Source: Carpediemonas membranifera BICM
Taxonomy: Eukaryota > Protista > Fornicata
Reading direction: 5' to 3'
DNA: 64,000 bases
NCBI GenBank assembly: GCA_019828565.1
Contig: JAHDYR010000005.1
Coordinates: forward strand, 1,171,370 to 1,235,369
In this document: in pieces, positions 13,045 to 26,100 of the stretch
Numbering within the stretch: position 1 is the stretch's first letter
Layout: each line of letters opens with the position of its first letter
The notes under the pieces: generated by a model
Told to the model about the DNA's origin: nothing
Seen by the model: only the letters and a program-made list of their open reading frames with translations
Databases searched by the model: none
Made by a program: the position numbers and the translations under genes

Positions 13045-14930
13045 ACACGGGGGCAGGGACAGGGATAGAGGCAGAACAAGGGCAGGGGCAGGAGAAATCT
13101 ATGGGTATAACAAGGGGGCTGACTCAGCCAAAGCAGCAATCAAACTACAATCCAGGGAAGAGTGGGATCAAGGAGAGATACAGGGAACTGGGAGAGATGA
13201 TGGCCGGGGATGGAAAGGACGAGGGCGAGAGCAGGGCAAGGGCTAGAACACAGGAGAGGGCAGGGACAGGGACAGAGGAAACCCATCAATTGGATGGTTG
13301 CACCACTCACGGTGAACCTAAGGAAACTGCAGGGACTGAGCATGGGATACGGGGGGACATGACGTCCCCGCCGCCCTTGTGAACGATAGAGGGACGCTGG
13401 GAAGTGTAGCACAAGAGAACTATCATAAGGGGTACTAGGCCTTGCGGATCTAGAGTCCGTGTTAGCCCTAGCCCACGCCGCCTAACAGGGGTAGATGAGA
13501 GGGACTTAGTTGCTTTCCCCGCCCACGGGTAGGCCACTTAACAGGGTCGTGGGGGCACTGAACAGGGAAACTGGAAAGATGAGAGGGTGCCATGCTTGAA
13601 CGACCCCGTAGGGACTGCAGGGAATCAGGGAGTGCTATAGCAGAGGCCTTGCAGGACGAACCTGCCTGTCACGGGCTCCGAGGACAGACCCCCAGACTCC
13701 CTGGACAGTTCATGCTGTCAACATCCCTAGATTATCTTTGCTAAACCCTAGATTATCTTCGACCTCAAAACGCTAGATAATCTACAATTTCTTGCTCAGA
13801 AATGAAGTATTCATTAAATTTAAGCTATTTAGAGATAAACGAAGGTCTTCTTGAGAGTCCATATGATGTACTTAGAGCATGGAAAGAAGCTCTGGCTCTG
13901 ACTCCTTGCCTGGTTTGAGCATTTCGCCGTGCAGGTTAAGACGAAACGATAAAATGGACAATAACAGAAAATCTAACAGGTAGATTCACTACGATAGTGA
14001 TTATGTGAGTAGTTGAAAGGAGGTACATATGCGCATAATCACTTTCAGAGTGAATCTACCTGTTAGATTTTGAGATATGGTCGATTTCTTGTTTTTTGAC
14101 TTGGCTAGAGTCGAATTGAAGAAAAGGAGAGGCTATTACTCAGGGAATATTGCTCGTCAAAGAAAAGCAAGCAAGGCCGCGAGGTATGGCCACCCGACCT
14201 ACAAGATGGGCTGGGTGTCATCGCGTAAGGACGACCGGTCGTGCGCGGTCAACGCTGACAAAACTTAGCGATTCAGAGAAATAAATGGCGCCACCGTATT
14301 CAGCACAAGACAGTGAACTCAGCTATATGGTTTTTTCTCAGTATATTTACCCAGCGGCTGATCCCACAGTTTAAGGGCGCGTATTAGCCTGCACTTTGCA
14401 CGAAAAAAATCTGCCTGAACACGACCAATTGTCCAAAAACACAGCATTTAGCATGCAACAGGAGCTGGAAGCAGCTGCAACATCTATTCTAGGCCATTCA
14501 ACAACGATTACGCAAGAAATTGACGCAATAGAGGCCATTCAGTCCCATTACTTCATAGATTCACGCTTGAACGATATTACGAGCAGTATCAGGCGAGAAA
14601 CAAGAAAAGCTGAACGCGATTGGTGACTCCTTTCTCGCTGCGACATTTGCAGCATACTGACAGCCACGACACGCCGTTCAAGCAGATTTAAGGGAGCGCC
14701 ATCGCCAAACACGTAAATAGACCTGTATACGACAACCAGAGACGGACGTATGAGTCAGAACGGTGTGCTACCGGAATACGCAGGGTGTTTTGTGCCCTGT
14801 TGATTCCAGGAGCACGCTGTCCTGGGTCACACAGGATTATCACATAATCACTGAGCAATCGGGCTCATGGTACATAGTTTCATTGGATCTATCTTCATGA
14901 AAATATGTTTGAAAAGATTCAATTGTATCT

Positions 14931-15975
14931 TTACTGCTCCGACTGTTGAACCACCGACTTGAAGTTCTCAAGGCAATCGTCACAAAGACGGATCTTGGGA
15001 ATATTCACGCCGTCAATGACGACCTTCACGGCAGTGGTGCCCATACAGCCCTTGTTACCACAGAACCAGTGCCCACACATCCGACAATGATATACCGAGG
15101 CGTTCTTCTGGCATGCGAAACAAGTCTTCTCCTGGACACAAGCCTGGCATGTGAACTTCCACGAGGACTTCTTTCTGTTGGCTTCTTTCGTCCAGTTGGC
15201 AGTCTTTGAACATTTCTCCGGACGAGCAGGCACGCAAACGGAATTGTCATGAAAGTTCCTGCCGCACTCTCCACATGAGACAAACTTTGACGTGTTGAGA
15301 TTGCCAACCCAGTCCAAGCTGTGGCAATGGCCGCAACAGAAGGCAAGCATCCTCTTCTGCAAGTCAAGGAGGTTCTCTCCATCATCGTCAGAGTCTGAAT
15401 CAGCGGTTACCGGCCGTTCTTTGAGCTGAGAGAGATCTTCCGACATGCGCTGTGTCATGCGATGGACGTCATCGAGTAGCATGACGTTACGCTTAGAGAT
15501 AGACTCAGAGGGTCGAACGGGGTCAACCTTCACCTCCTGCTTCACTTGCGGCACGGAATGGGGGATTTCTGCTGTCTTGAAAAACGTCTTCGTCCGACCA
15601 GTAAATATGTCGGGTGCCGAAAGGTCCACCAGATTAAGGGACAGAGGACGCGAATCAAAAATTCTGGGGGACGTCCAGGCCAACTCTCGTGAAAATCTTC
15701 TTCATCGCGGTCAGAAGCTCCGATCGCACCGGGTTGGGGGCCCGAGAAAGGTTATGAAACACTCTCGAAGGAGCCTGATCAGAAATGCCGATGTTGCAGT
15801 GGCAAGACTGGGTTGCCCACTCCTTAACATGCCCAATGACAAGCCTACCCTGCGATACAGCCGTGAGGGACTTGATACCATCAAAGAATGTCGGATCAGG
15901 GTGGCAGGGCTGCAAGTACACCGAGATGATGTGATTGTAGGCATTCGCCACCTTACGGACAGATAGACCAGTCAT
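14931..15975 (-). CDS. PHD/FYVE-like zinc-finger protein, duplicate copy
   Basis: Reverse-complement copy of 5705-6755; 250-aa open frame covering both fingers. Confidence 0.7.
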
Positions 15976-16233
15976 ATCCGTTCCAAACACATCAACGGTG
16001 ATGCAAAAAGAATGCCTTGAGCATACCAATCATGAGAGCCGACCTGCATTCGCTCTTTGCGGCGTCATTCCACCTGACCATCGGCTTGCGTTTCTGAGAG
16101 TTCGTCTCTCGGGTGTCCGGAGTAGTTCCTTCATTTCCACGCTTCATCTCTAGTTCCGTGGCTGGCATTAGATGATCTTCTCGAAGTCACGCATTTTTAG
16201 GATCTTTAGAATTCTTGAAAGAGCGACTGACAG

Positions 16234-16872
16234 ATGGCGCTTCAACTGAAGTGGAAACTGTCTAACGGATCTATCTATGCTCCGGAGGGCACTGATGACA
16301 TCAATACCATCCTTTGCAGCGTCTGGCTCTCGATTGACGCAGTGGATCGCCGTATTAACGGATTTGATACCTCCAAACACCAGCAAAGGCTCGAGCTAGC
16401 CCGCATCGCGCAGGAACTAATCAATATCGGCGCTGTATCGCGTGAGGCTATTTCTAGCAATCTCTACCCAGCGCCATCATCCACTAGCATCTCAAAGGAG
16501 AAGAAGGCACACCGCTCTGGTCCCAGTCACCTTTACGTTGGTGCATATGTTCTGCATTCTGATAGCTTCGGCCTCGAGGCAGAGAATGCTCGTCTACGTA
16601 AGCGTATTGCTGACACTGAACGTCTTCTGCAGGTGTCCAACGAGCTCAGGGCCATCACGATCGGCGTGAATGCAGTCAATGACGAGATTCACATCATGCA
16701 AGCCCTTGCACAGAGACTCAACCTTGACATTATCAACATCAATCAGGTCACAAACCAAGTCAAGTCGCTTCAGTGCAGCATTCGGAACATCGCAGACGTT
16801 GAGACCATTGTCAAGTCGCATAGGAACTTGAAAAAGGCCCTAAAGGGCTACATACCCATGGCGATCACTCAA
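16234..16872 (+). pseudogene. Truncated 5' copy of the CMC transposase
   Basis: Matches 4799-5445 on the minus strand; ends at the rearrangement junction. Confidence 0.75.
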
Positions 16873-16887
16873 CTTACCTTACCTTAC

Positions 16888-17681
16888 CCAGTGGTGCGGA
16901 CTCCTACCGACGGTCCAGATGATTATCAACGGCACGACACATACGGCCACGAAGTTCTCCCCGCACGAGCTGATATTTGGCCATGAGCACAACATGTTTA
17001 CAAGCTGGTGGACGAACGACAACAACTCTCCGATCAGAGATTTCCCAGAGTTCAAAAAGGACCTGGAGCTGGCCCTTAACGCCCTGGAGACCACTGCCAG
17101 AGAGAATGTGGGCCCGGGCCAAAAGACAATAGTCAACACCGAACTGAAGCCGGGTGACTACGTCCTCTGGAAAGATGAGGCCCCTCAGAAGCTAGACGCG
17201 CGCAACAGGGGCCCATGGAAGGTACACGATGTACTTGATAATAACAGAATAGTCCTGCAGTCGATACTCGACGGATCGACCAGATCAACCCACATTGAAA
17301 AACTCATGATGTTCGACACGGATGCCGTAACGGACACGATGATGCTTCAACTTGCAAGCTTCGACCAGAAAAAATGGGAGGTAGAGCGAGTAGTATCGGT
17401 AGACTGGAAAGAAGGGACAGCCGCCATCAAGTGGGTAGGATTCGAAAACATAACGGAAGAACCACTCTCGGGAGTGAAACACCTCGAGGAGATGAAGAGG
17501 TTGGCCCGTAAGGCGAGGAAGAACCTGAAACTCTACTAACCATCTTTTTCCCCCGTTCCTTGCAGGTTGGGGGTTTTCTCATCAAAAAGGGAGGTAGTGT
17601 CACCGGTCTATAAACTGCTCCGTCCAGTTTTTGACCACTTTTACCCCGCTGCGGTTTTACTGTAAATGATTTCAACCGACA
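16888..17681 (+). mobile_element. G1 3' fragment (integrase C-terminus, chromodomain, 3' LTR 17598-17681)
   Basis: Inverted duplicate of 8684-9479; ORF 16919-17539 is open across positions that are frameshifted in the other copy. Confidence 0.9.
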
Positions 17682-18059
17682 GTGTCCCTACACCTGCGCC
17701 CCCTGTGCCTCTGAATCCCTGCCCCTATCTGCTGCAATCATGTTCCCTGGTCTCTGCTACTGGTTTGGTTTGGTTATTATCTTAGTGCTCTGGTCTTCCA
17801 ATCTTGTCCCTGCCTTTGCTTCTGCCTGTTGCCTCCCCACTATTGGTTTCGGATCCCAGGTGCTCTTACTGAGGCTCCCCTGTCTCCAAGCTGCGACCCT
17901 GGCTTCCCTGTAGGTGTTGTTTGTTGGCCATCCGTCCCTATTTCCCTCTCGATGTTGTTTCACATCCTTGCATGCCTGGGGCCATCCAAGTTTGTTCTGA
18001 GTCCCGTTATGAGGCCTATCTCGATCAATTCCTGATTTTTCTCTGTCCCTTGTCCCGTC

Positions 18060-18630
18060 ACGGGGCCTTCGAGCCGGCTCCGGTTACCCGTGGCGGGCCA
18101 ACTATAGGTTACCCTGGTGACCATCCTTACCTTCGGGCAGGGATACTTAGGAGGGGGCGCATTACCGGGGCAGACTTCAGAGACTCGGCGACTTTCCCCG
18201 CCTTCGGGTTGGTCACTTAACAGGGCCGCAGGGGGCACGGATCAGAGGCAACTAGCAAGATGAGAAGGTGCCGTAGTTGAACGACGATGCAGAGACAGCA
18301 GGGAAACAGAGGACGCTATAGCAGAGGCCTTGCAGGACGAACCTGCCTGTGGAAGCACCGAGGACAGACCCCCAGGCTCCCTGGAAGCTGCCGGGTTTAC
18401 AGGGAGACAGGAAAGCGCTCAGCGCACGGAGATGGCGAAGGCCTATGGGGGGAAGTGAAATCGGGAGTGAGCGGAAGCAGTAGCACCAAATCGCTCGTTG
18501 GACGCAGCTGACAAGTTCAATCGCAGGGAGGAGGCAGCGCCCCGGGGAACTCGGCTCCAGCATTAAGGGAGATCAGCCTAAGTAACCGGGGCCCGATACC
18601 AGGCACCATAAATTTTCATTCTTTCTTTCT
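18060..18630 (+). mobile_element. LINE 3' end with (TTTC)n tail
   Basis: Conserved UTR motif at 18195-18270; ends CACCATAAATTTTCATTCTTTCTTTCT, like the tails at 21217 and 33131. Confidence 0.65.
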
Positions 18631-18727
18631 ACCCCTTACTCCAGTTCTCTCGCGCTACACTTCACTGAGTCCCTGTATCGTTAACAAAGGCGGTGGGGAT
18701 AGACTCCCCCTGTGTCCCCGTAGTCAG

Positions 18728-18826
18728 TGTGCCCTTAACCTGCGGAATTCGTAAAACAGTCTTTATCATATTTCTGGGCCCTAGCACGGCACAGTATCGA
18801 TACTGCCGATTCAAATGAAGACTCTT
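18728..18826 (+). mobile_element. G2 5' LTR (18728-18793), palindrome and gag stub
   Basis: Matches 23120-23218; truncated after ATGAAGACTCTT. Confidence 0.9.
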
Positions 18827-18830
18827 CCCT

Positions 18831-20361
18831 TGTTGTTGTTGCAGCAGGAAACACAGAGAGTGATTTAATTGATCCGGGGTAAATCAGTCATCAATTGATT
18901 ACACTTCCCCCAAGATCCGGAAATAGAAATTCGGATCTTCCAAAATCTCCAGAACCCCGAAATAAAATTCCTTGGTCCAAACCTTCAGCAGAATCTATTC
19001 CCGCAGGTTATGTCTCATTGAAGGTCCCCATGCTGTGGACGCATCAAAAACAAAACATCAACGTCGTATGCCGTGAATAACAACTAATCAACATCAAAAC
19101 CAATGGAATCCAGCTTATTGTAGCTGAACACTGCTCCTTCCCCCATGGGTCCGAAGTTTCCAGCCTTTTCAGCGAATACCGCCTTAGTTCGCTTTGAACC
19201 GCAGCATCTTCCGCTGTGCAGGCAACTTCTTCGCCAAATGAGGTACTTTCTCCAAGTATCTGTCAAGTGCTTCGTTTGTCTAGCTCCAATGTGAATGGCT
19301 CCCACGTGGCTTCCTCAGGAAGGTACCCTTCCCAAATAACATGCAGTAGCAGCTTCCGTCCCTCGAACTTGTGCTCGTTGATCTCCTCCACCACGTATTC
19401 GTCGTCTCGCTCCGCAGCAACCTGCTTCAGCTGATCGAGCGTCAGGCTTGTCTCGAACACCCTGAGCCTGTCAGCGTGGATGCTGTGGGTCTTCCCGGAC
19501 GTCAGGTTACGGACACGATAAACGTTCGGGGACTTGTCTGGGCCTATGCACCACATCGGCCCGAGCAGAGTCGACCTCCTACCGGAGTTCGACGCCACCA
19601 GGACTGCGGTGTCTTGTAGCTCGATGTGATCGCGACTTGGCGACTCTCCATCACACAGTTGTTGCTGAACCACGCGATTAACTTCAATCCTACGCCTAAA
19701 GAGCTCCAACGAGACTGTATCGTCACTCAACTCGTCAAGCGTCGAGTCTTGCTCCTGGTCGTACAGTACCGTCCACGGGGACATGTCCGTGGTACTATTC
19801 TTCGTCGAGTTAAGGATGAACTGAGCGTGTGGAATCAGTTTCGTCCAGTCACGTGTCTTGCACTCCGTCATAAGGCACTTCAGATGCTTCTTCAGTTCCG
19901 CGTTCTGACGTTCGACGACGCCTTGCGACGCCGGTCGGTACGGCGTACCGATATGATGTTTCATCGATAGCTTCTCCACCATGGTGTCGACGAGCTGATT
20001 TCGGTATTGGGACCCGCCGTCTGTATGGATTAAACGGGGTATACCGTAGTGGGCGACCCATTGTAATAGGGCCTCAGCTGCCTCTGCCGCAGTCGTGGAG
20101 TGGGTGGGGTATAACATCGTAAGCTTGGAGAACGTGTCGATGGCCACCACGATGTGGCGGTAACCGCCGTCAGATTCAGGTAGGGGTCCAACAGTGTCTA
20201 GTTGTACTACGTCAAATGGAAGGCGTCCCATCGTCGAATGCCGGTCCTGCGGCACTCGCTCAGCTGTCTGCCGATGGACTTGGCAGACCGGGCAGGCCTT
20301 GACGAACTGTTTCACCTCGTTGTACATCCCCTTCCACGTCTCTCCTCTTTCAATCAGGCGT
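18831..20361 (-). mobile_element. Gypsy family G3, 3' part (integrase, chromodomain, putative 3' LTR 18831-18903)
   Basis: ORF 19263-20327 with CPVC, LDTVG, TDGG, VERQN and chromodomain YVVEEI..WEGY..ATWEP; PPT GGGGGAAG abuts a 73-bp TG..CA segment. Confidence 0.85.
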
Positions 20362-21935
20362 TGTTGACACGAAAGGTCTTACCTTAACCTGCTCGACTCC
20401 ACCACAGTCACCCTGCTCGCACTTTATGTCGTAAACAACTCCCAACACAGCTTTATGGCACAATATCGATATTCTGCTTCAGGAGACTCTCACAGCACGT
20501 GTAAGGTCACTGACCACCCGTCGCTACTAGCAGGGCACGAGATTTGGGCACGCGAAGTTCACAACGTTAAGCGTCCCAGATCGTTTTTACACGTATGGAC
20601 TCCCGAGTCCTTAGAGCGCTTAGAAGCGGCCTGGCGGCCCACCGAGAAGTTCCCCACCTTCACTGGCATGTGGGACTCGCTCACGCCAGACGTCGTTGCT
20701 CAGGGTTCCGACCCGAAGCCAAAGACAGTTACCCCACGGGGTGATGTTATCCGCGCGCGTCATCGCGCCATCATCGAGCTCCTCAACGATGATCTCTTCC
20801 TTCTCTGCGCTGCGGCGGCCGCCGCGTACCCCGCCCCGTCGCCCCTTCTTCAGCCGGCCATGCGCAGGGTGGATGCCCTCTTCGCGAGCGTTTCCGAGGC
20901 TGTCCTAGACTCCAGGGAGCGCCTGCTGGCAGATCCAGAAGCGCCGCTCACCGACCTCAGCTACGTGCCGCTTGTCAGCCCCTTCGACGACAAGCCCATG
21001 AGATCTTCGGACAAAGCGGACGCCGAGAACGCCTCACTGCCATCGTTAGTAGAGCAGCAGCAGAAGACAACACTCTCGATCCGCGAAAAGCTTCTCGCCG
21101 AGGCCGAGGAACTTCTGCCGCACCTTTCGCTCGCTCTGATGCAGAGCACCGACCGCGGTACTCGTTTGAAACAGCTCAGCGAGATCTCCACGGAACTGTA
21201 CGGCACAGCCGCTCAGAGAAGAAGAAGAAGTTTAGATGGTGCTGTTATTCTCACCCCGGGCCTTCTTGCTCCCATTTTCCTGGCCTAAGGTTAACCGGGG
21301 CACTCCTGGCTCTCTCAGTGCTGGGTTACACGCTCTGAGCCAGCCACCTTACTGCGTCGGCTTTGATTCGGTTCCAATCAGTCTACGAGCTCTTCAGCTC
21401 TCTCCGTACGGTGTTGCCGTTTTCCTGTCTCTAATAGTGCCCGACACGCCATTAGGGCGTAGACATCTGTCCCCGGCACCTTCGCAGGTGGGTTCTTCCC
21501 CACAGGTCTTTTTGTCTATGGCGCTCTCCATTCTCTGATGATTCTCTGCGTTCCTCGGACATAGGCACCCTCTCTTCTGTCCGGGAGATACTCTTCAATG
21601 CCCCCACGACCCTGTTACGCGATCTACCCGAAGGCGGGGATAGCCACTATGTTCTCTGGGACAGTCTCCGGTTAGGTCGACTAGAATCTCTGAATAAGCC
21701 ACGCCCGTGCTTGGGGGTCGTGTGACTCAGCGCTTCACTCCCAGGTCAGCATGGGCTGCATCTTCCGAGTCTCTCCTTTTCCGTTAACAAGGACGGCAAC
21801 ACTCCCATCCTGCTGTCTGTTCCCCTACGCCGGGTTCCCAGTATCTCTCAGGTCATTTCGGTCTGCTGCAACCAGTTGTGGGTTTTCTCTGATCTCTTAG
21901 CTTTGTGGATTTTCTCTGTGCCCTCTGCGTTTCTC

Positions 21936-23119
21936 TCACACTATCTTGAAACTCTTGTAAATCTTTGCTAATGCTTGGAGTCCAGCCCGGAGGCCTTCCC
22001 ATTCTCTCTCAGATGCTTTGCTGAGGATGAAATGCAGTTCTTGTATTGGTCTTTCCTCGTACCATTGTTTGTCTGGGTTTGACCCACTTCGCAGTGGCGA
22101 CTTCTCTGCGTAGCATCTTGCTTCATTCATAATTTCGGTCCAGCCGGTCCCTCTGTCCACCCCGCTACATTCGCACATTATATGGGAGGCCGACCCTAAC
22201 CTCTGAGCGGCTGCCCATTCTCTAATCCATATCTCTCTCTGCGCCTCAGGTGGGTTTTCTCTGGTGATTCTGTATAGGAGATCTAGCTCCGGTTTTGCGG
22301 AGCATAGCGGACATGTTCTTTCTATGATCTCTTTGTCTCTTAGGTTCCTGGTTAACATGCACAGTGCTCTCTTGGGTCCTTGCCCTTTCCCAGCTGAGCT
22401 GGGCGATGGGCAGATATTTGCTGCCACTGTCGCTATCTTTGACCATTCTCCAAAGGATTGTCCGTTCGCAGGCTTTCTCTTGATCAGTGCTTTGCCCATA
22501 AATGCTCTGCTTGCCAGTCTCGCCCCCATTACATCCATCATTGACCTTGCAGTCTTGCTCTTCTCTCTGCTGGCGTATTCATTCCAGATGAGCTTGGTGC
22601 CCCATGCCAGTCGGCTCTCTATTGATGACTCTGGGTTGGTGTCCTTGAGGATTTGCTCTGCTCTCTTCTTGTTTTTACCCATTATTGTCTCTGGTCCCCA
22701 AACCAAATCACTTATTGGGGTGTCCCATTTCTCGAATGCTAAGTATCTCTTCAGTGCGAGGGTATCTAGATGTGTCTCCAAATCTGGCCAGCCGTTCAAC
22801 AGCCTCATAGCCGCTCCACCTCCCGGGCCTGTCCCAGCTATAATGCCCTGCCAGTCGTTCCATATTTTCTTCCCTCCAGGCTCGTGTCCCCATATCTCTA
22901 TTCCAAACATGATTCTGGGCCATATGTATGTCTCTAGGAGTAGTCTGGCAGTCTTTGCCGGCATTCTCTTTCGGGTCCATCCTGTCCACCTTGCCAGATT
23001 CTTATATCTTTCACTTTGATTCTTCTTTCTCATCATACAGGCCACTAGAGGGTCATTCCCACTCGACAGCCAAATTCCTAAGTATCTCGCTTCCTCTGCC
23101 GCCCACAGCGTTACCCCGC
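21936..23119 (-). pseudogene. L-B ORF2 C-terminal part
   Basis: RYLG thumb region; CPLC..SHIMCEC; homologous to the C-terminus of 47140-50499. Confidence 0.85.
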
Positions 23120-26100
23120 TGTGCCCTTAACCTGCGGAATTCGTAAAACAGTCTTTATCATATTTCTGGGCCCTAGCACGGCACAGTATCGATACTGCCG
23201 ATTCAAATGAAGACTCTTACAATTGACACCCCGTTCGCCGTCGAGAGAGCACTCCAGGAGTACCTCTCGGCGATGCCCCACGAGAAGAATCCAATTTCGT
23301 TCTTTAGGGCATTGTCCCCCGAGACAACAGAAAAACTTCGCGCCCAGTGGCGCCCAACCACTCTTTTTGACACTTTCGAGGACCTACAACGAACCGTTCT
23401 GTCCGATTCCGATGCTCGCCGCGCAGCGAACACAAGCTCTGCCAGTACTGCGGCACGAGCCCGTACAACGAAGACCGACAACCTCACCGCCATCTGGGTA
23501 GAGGAGGTACAGAAGACCATAAGAAAAGCCACGTTCGCCGCCTGTAGCGAGTGTGCAGCTAAGCACAAGGACCCCACCCTGACAGCAATGACCCGGGAGT
23601 GCCTTGAAGCTCAACATCCCCAGATACTGACTGACTGCGGCAAGAAGGCCCGCGACTTCTTCACCCAGCTGACCGACGACCACGACATCGCAAACGTCGA
23701 GACAGTCGCACGGCCTGGCAACCTGACCGGCCCGGACGGCGAAGACGTCTCGGTGGCGTTCGTGTATATGCCCCCAGTGCCCGAGGAGACCAAGCCCGCC
23801 CCCTCCTCGGCGGCTTGGCCAGTCTTCGATGGCGGGGACGTCTACGCTTTCCTCGCCAAGGAGGCGACCTCCATCGCCCCCTACCTCGCATATACCCTCT
23901 TGACTAGTACGGACCCGGGCGCAAGAGCCAAGCTCCTCAAGGCAAAGCTCGACAACATCACGCTATACGGTCCGGAGCCCCGGCACCGAACGGCCGTCGA
24001 GAAGGCACGTAAGCTCATAAGCGCCCTCAACCCAGACATCAAGGACGTCCCCACCATCTCCGCAAAACTGCTCGAGCGGATCATTCGGGACTTCGCCACT
24101 AGAGGTTTCTCCAAAGAAGCCGAGGATGTATACGAAGAAGAGATTGAGGACTACTCCGACAAGATCAGCGAACTTCTCGACAAACTACGCGACTTGGATG
24201 TTGATCACGACGAGAACATCATTATCCCATGGCGTGCCTTCAGACTCGCCAGCCCACAAGCCGACAACAACGAGCAGGCGTCGGGCACTTCAGGCAGGAA
24301 GCCGCTCGCTCGCAGGCTCGATGGTCGCGATCCGTTCCAGCAGTTCAGGGACAAGACCAAGTTCCGCATGCCTCCTTCCCACACGAGATACTGCACACAG
24401 CATGGCTGGAACCCGCACCACGAGACGAAGGACTGCAGGTTCCTCATCAGACGGGAGGCTTACAAGGCCCAAGAACGCCAGCCACAGACCGAGAAGCGTC
24501 AGGAACGCAGACCCGAAGAGCGGCAAAAGCAGCCCGGCAACCGCGCACGCCCTGTGGCGCCCACCAGTCACCAGCAGTCGGATCGCCGGGCCGGCCGCAT
24601 GGACCTCCGCCCCTCGTCTACCCTGAAGAACCCCCGCCGCGTCGATGAGGTGTTTGACGCGGATGAAGCGTCTCATTCGGAGTTGGAGAACGAAGTCTAC
24701 GAGATCGAGGACATCATACTCGACAAGGACCCGGTGAAGGTCCCGGCTGTTATCAACGGCCAGCACATGAACGTCAAGTTCGACATCGGCGCTTGCACGT
24801 CGGTCATATCAGCCCCTGCCCTCGCAGCGATCCCCGACGTGACCCTGATACCGACCTCAGTCGAACTTCTCGGCGCTGGGGACGATATCATCTCCACTGG
24901 CAAAGCCGCCAAGGTCTCGCTGACCCTCCCCAGTGTCGACGGAAAGACCGTGACCACCACTGCGTTGCTCATGGTCACGAAGGGCCAGAGGAAGAAGGTC
25001 CTCATTGGACGCGATTTGCTCCGCCGCCTCGGCTTCCTGCTGAACGACCGGCTACTAATACCGTCCGCTGACCCGATCGATGACGACGACGGCCTGGGAC
25101 AGCACCCCTACCTCGACTCGACAACAGAAGAAGTCGACCCCGAGGAAGAGTGGCGCAAGGTTAAGCTGCCGACCGAAGAGAACCCGGAGCTGGCTGCCTG
25201 GCTGACCGACTTCCTTCGCGAGCGCAAGGCCGTGTTTGGCCCTCTACCTCCGGATGGCAGCAGGATGCCGCCACACGAGATCGTCGTCGATCCAAGCCGC
25301 CCTACACCCAGGGCCCGACCCAGGCCGTTGAAGGGTGACCCGGGAAACTCAGCCCTCGCGGAGATCGACAAGATGCTCAACCAGGGCGTGATCCGAGAGA
25401 GTCAAAGTCCGCACTCTAGCCCGCACGTCATGGCAAAGAAGAAGAGCGGCGAAGACCGCTTCTGCATCGCTTACAACGTCTTGAACAACGCCACCATCGA
25501 CGACCTGTACCCCACGCCGGACATCCGATCGTTTGTACACGAGGCGAGCGGATGCTCCGTGTTCGCGGCGCTCGACCTGCGCAGCGGATACTGGCAGCAG
25601 AACATGGCAACCGATAGCATCCCGCTCACCGCATTCACCGTCCCGGGCGGGCATTACGAGTTCTTACGTACACCATTCGGGCTGAAGAACGCCCCAGCAA
25701 AGTTCCAGCGAGCCATGGACGAGATGCTCGCTGGTATCGACGGTTCGAGAGCCTATATCGACGATATCTTTGCGTACGCCCGCTCCATTCAGGATTTCAA
25801 GTCGACCCTCACCCAGATCTTCGACCAGTTGGAAGCTTACGATATCAAACTCCGCGCCGAAAAGTGTGCCATTGGCATGAAGGAGGTTGAAGTATGTGGG
25901 TTTATAGTCAACGAGTCTGGCAGGTCGGTTTCCCCTCACGTATCGCAGCCATCCAGGACCTCACACCCCCAACGACGACAACGGAGCTGCGCCGCACGCT
26001 AGGCAAGTTCAACTATCTGTCAAACTATATCCCACACCTCGCCCACGCATCAGCCCCGCTCAACGCCCTCCTAAAGGGATCGCCGCAGAAGTCGGCCCCC

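Larger units (their letters stand above)
8310..13710 (+). mobile_element. 5'-truncated LINE 3' fragment (8310-8683 and 13045-13710) interrupted by a gypsy element
   Basis: ORF2-like C-terminus DRDRLITGLRTILDG..* ending 8407, purine-rich UTR, conserved UTR motif at 13515-13600. The CMC terminus begins at 13711. Confidence 0.55.
13697..16872. repeat. Inverted duplicate of 4799-7990 (CMC transposon end)
   Basis: Near-identical reverse complement differing mainly by 1-bp indels; includes terminus (13711), hairpin, PHD/FYVE gene and transposase 5' part. Confidence 0.95.
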
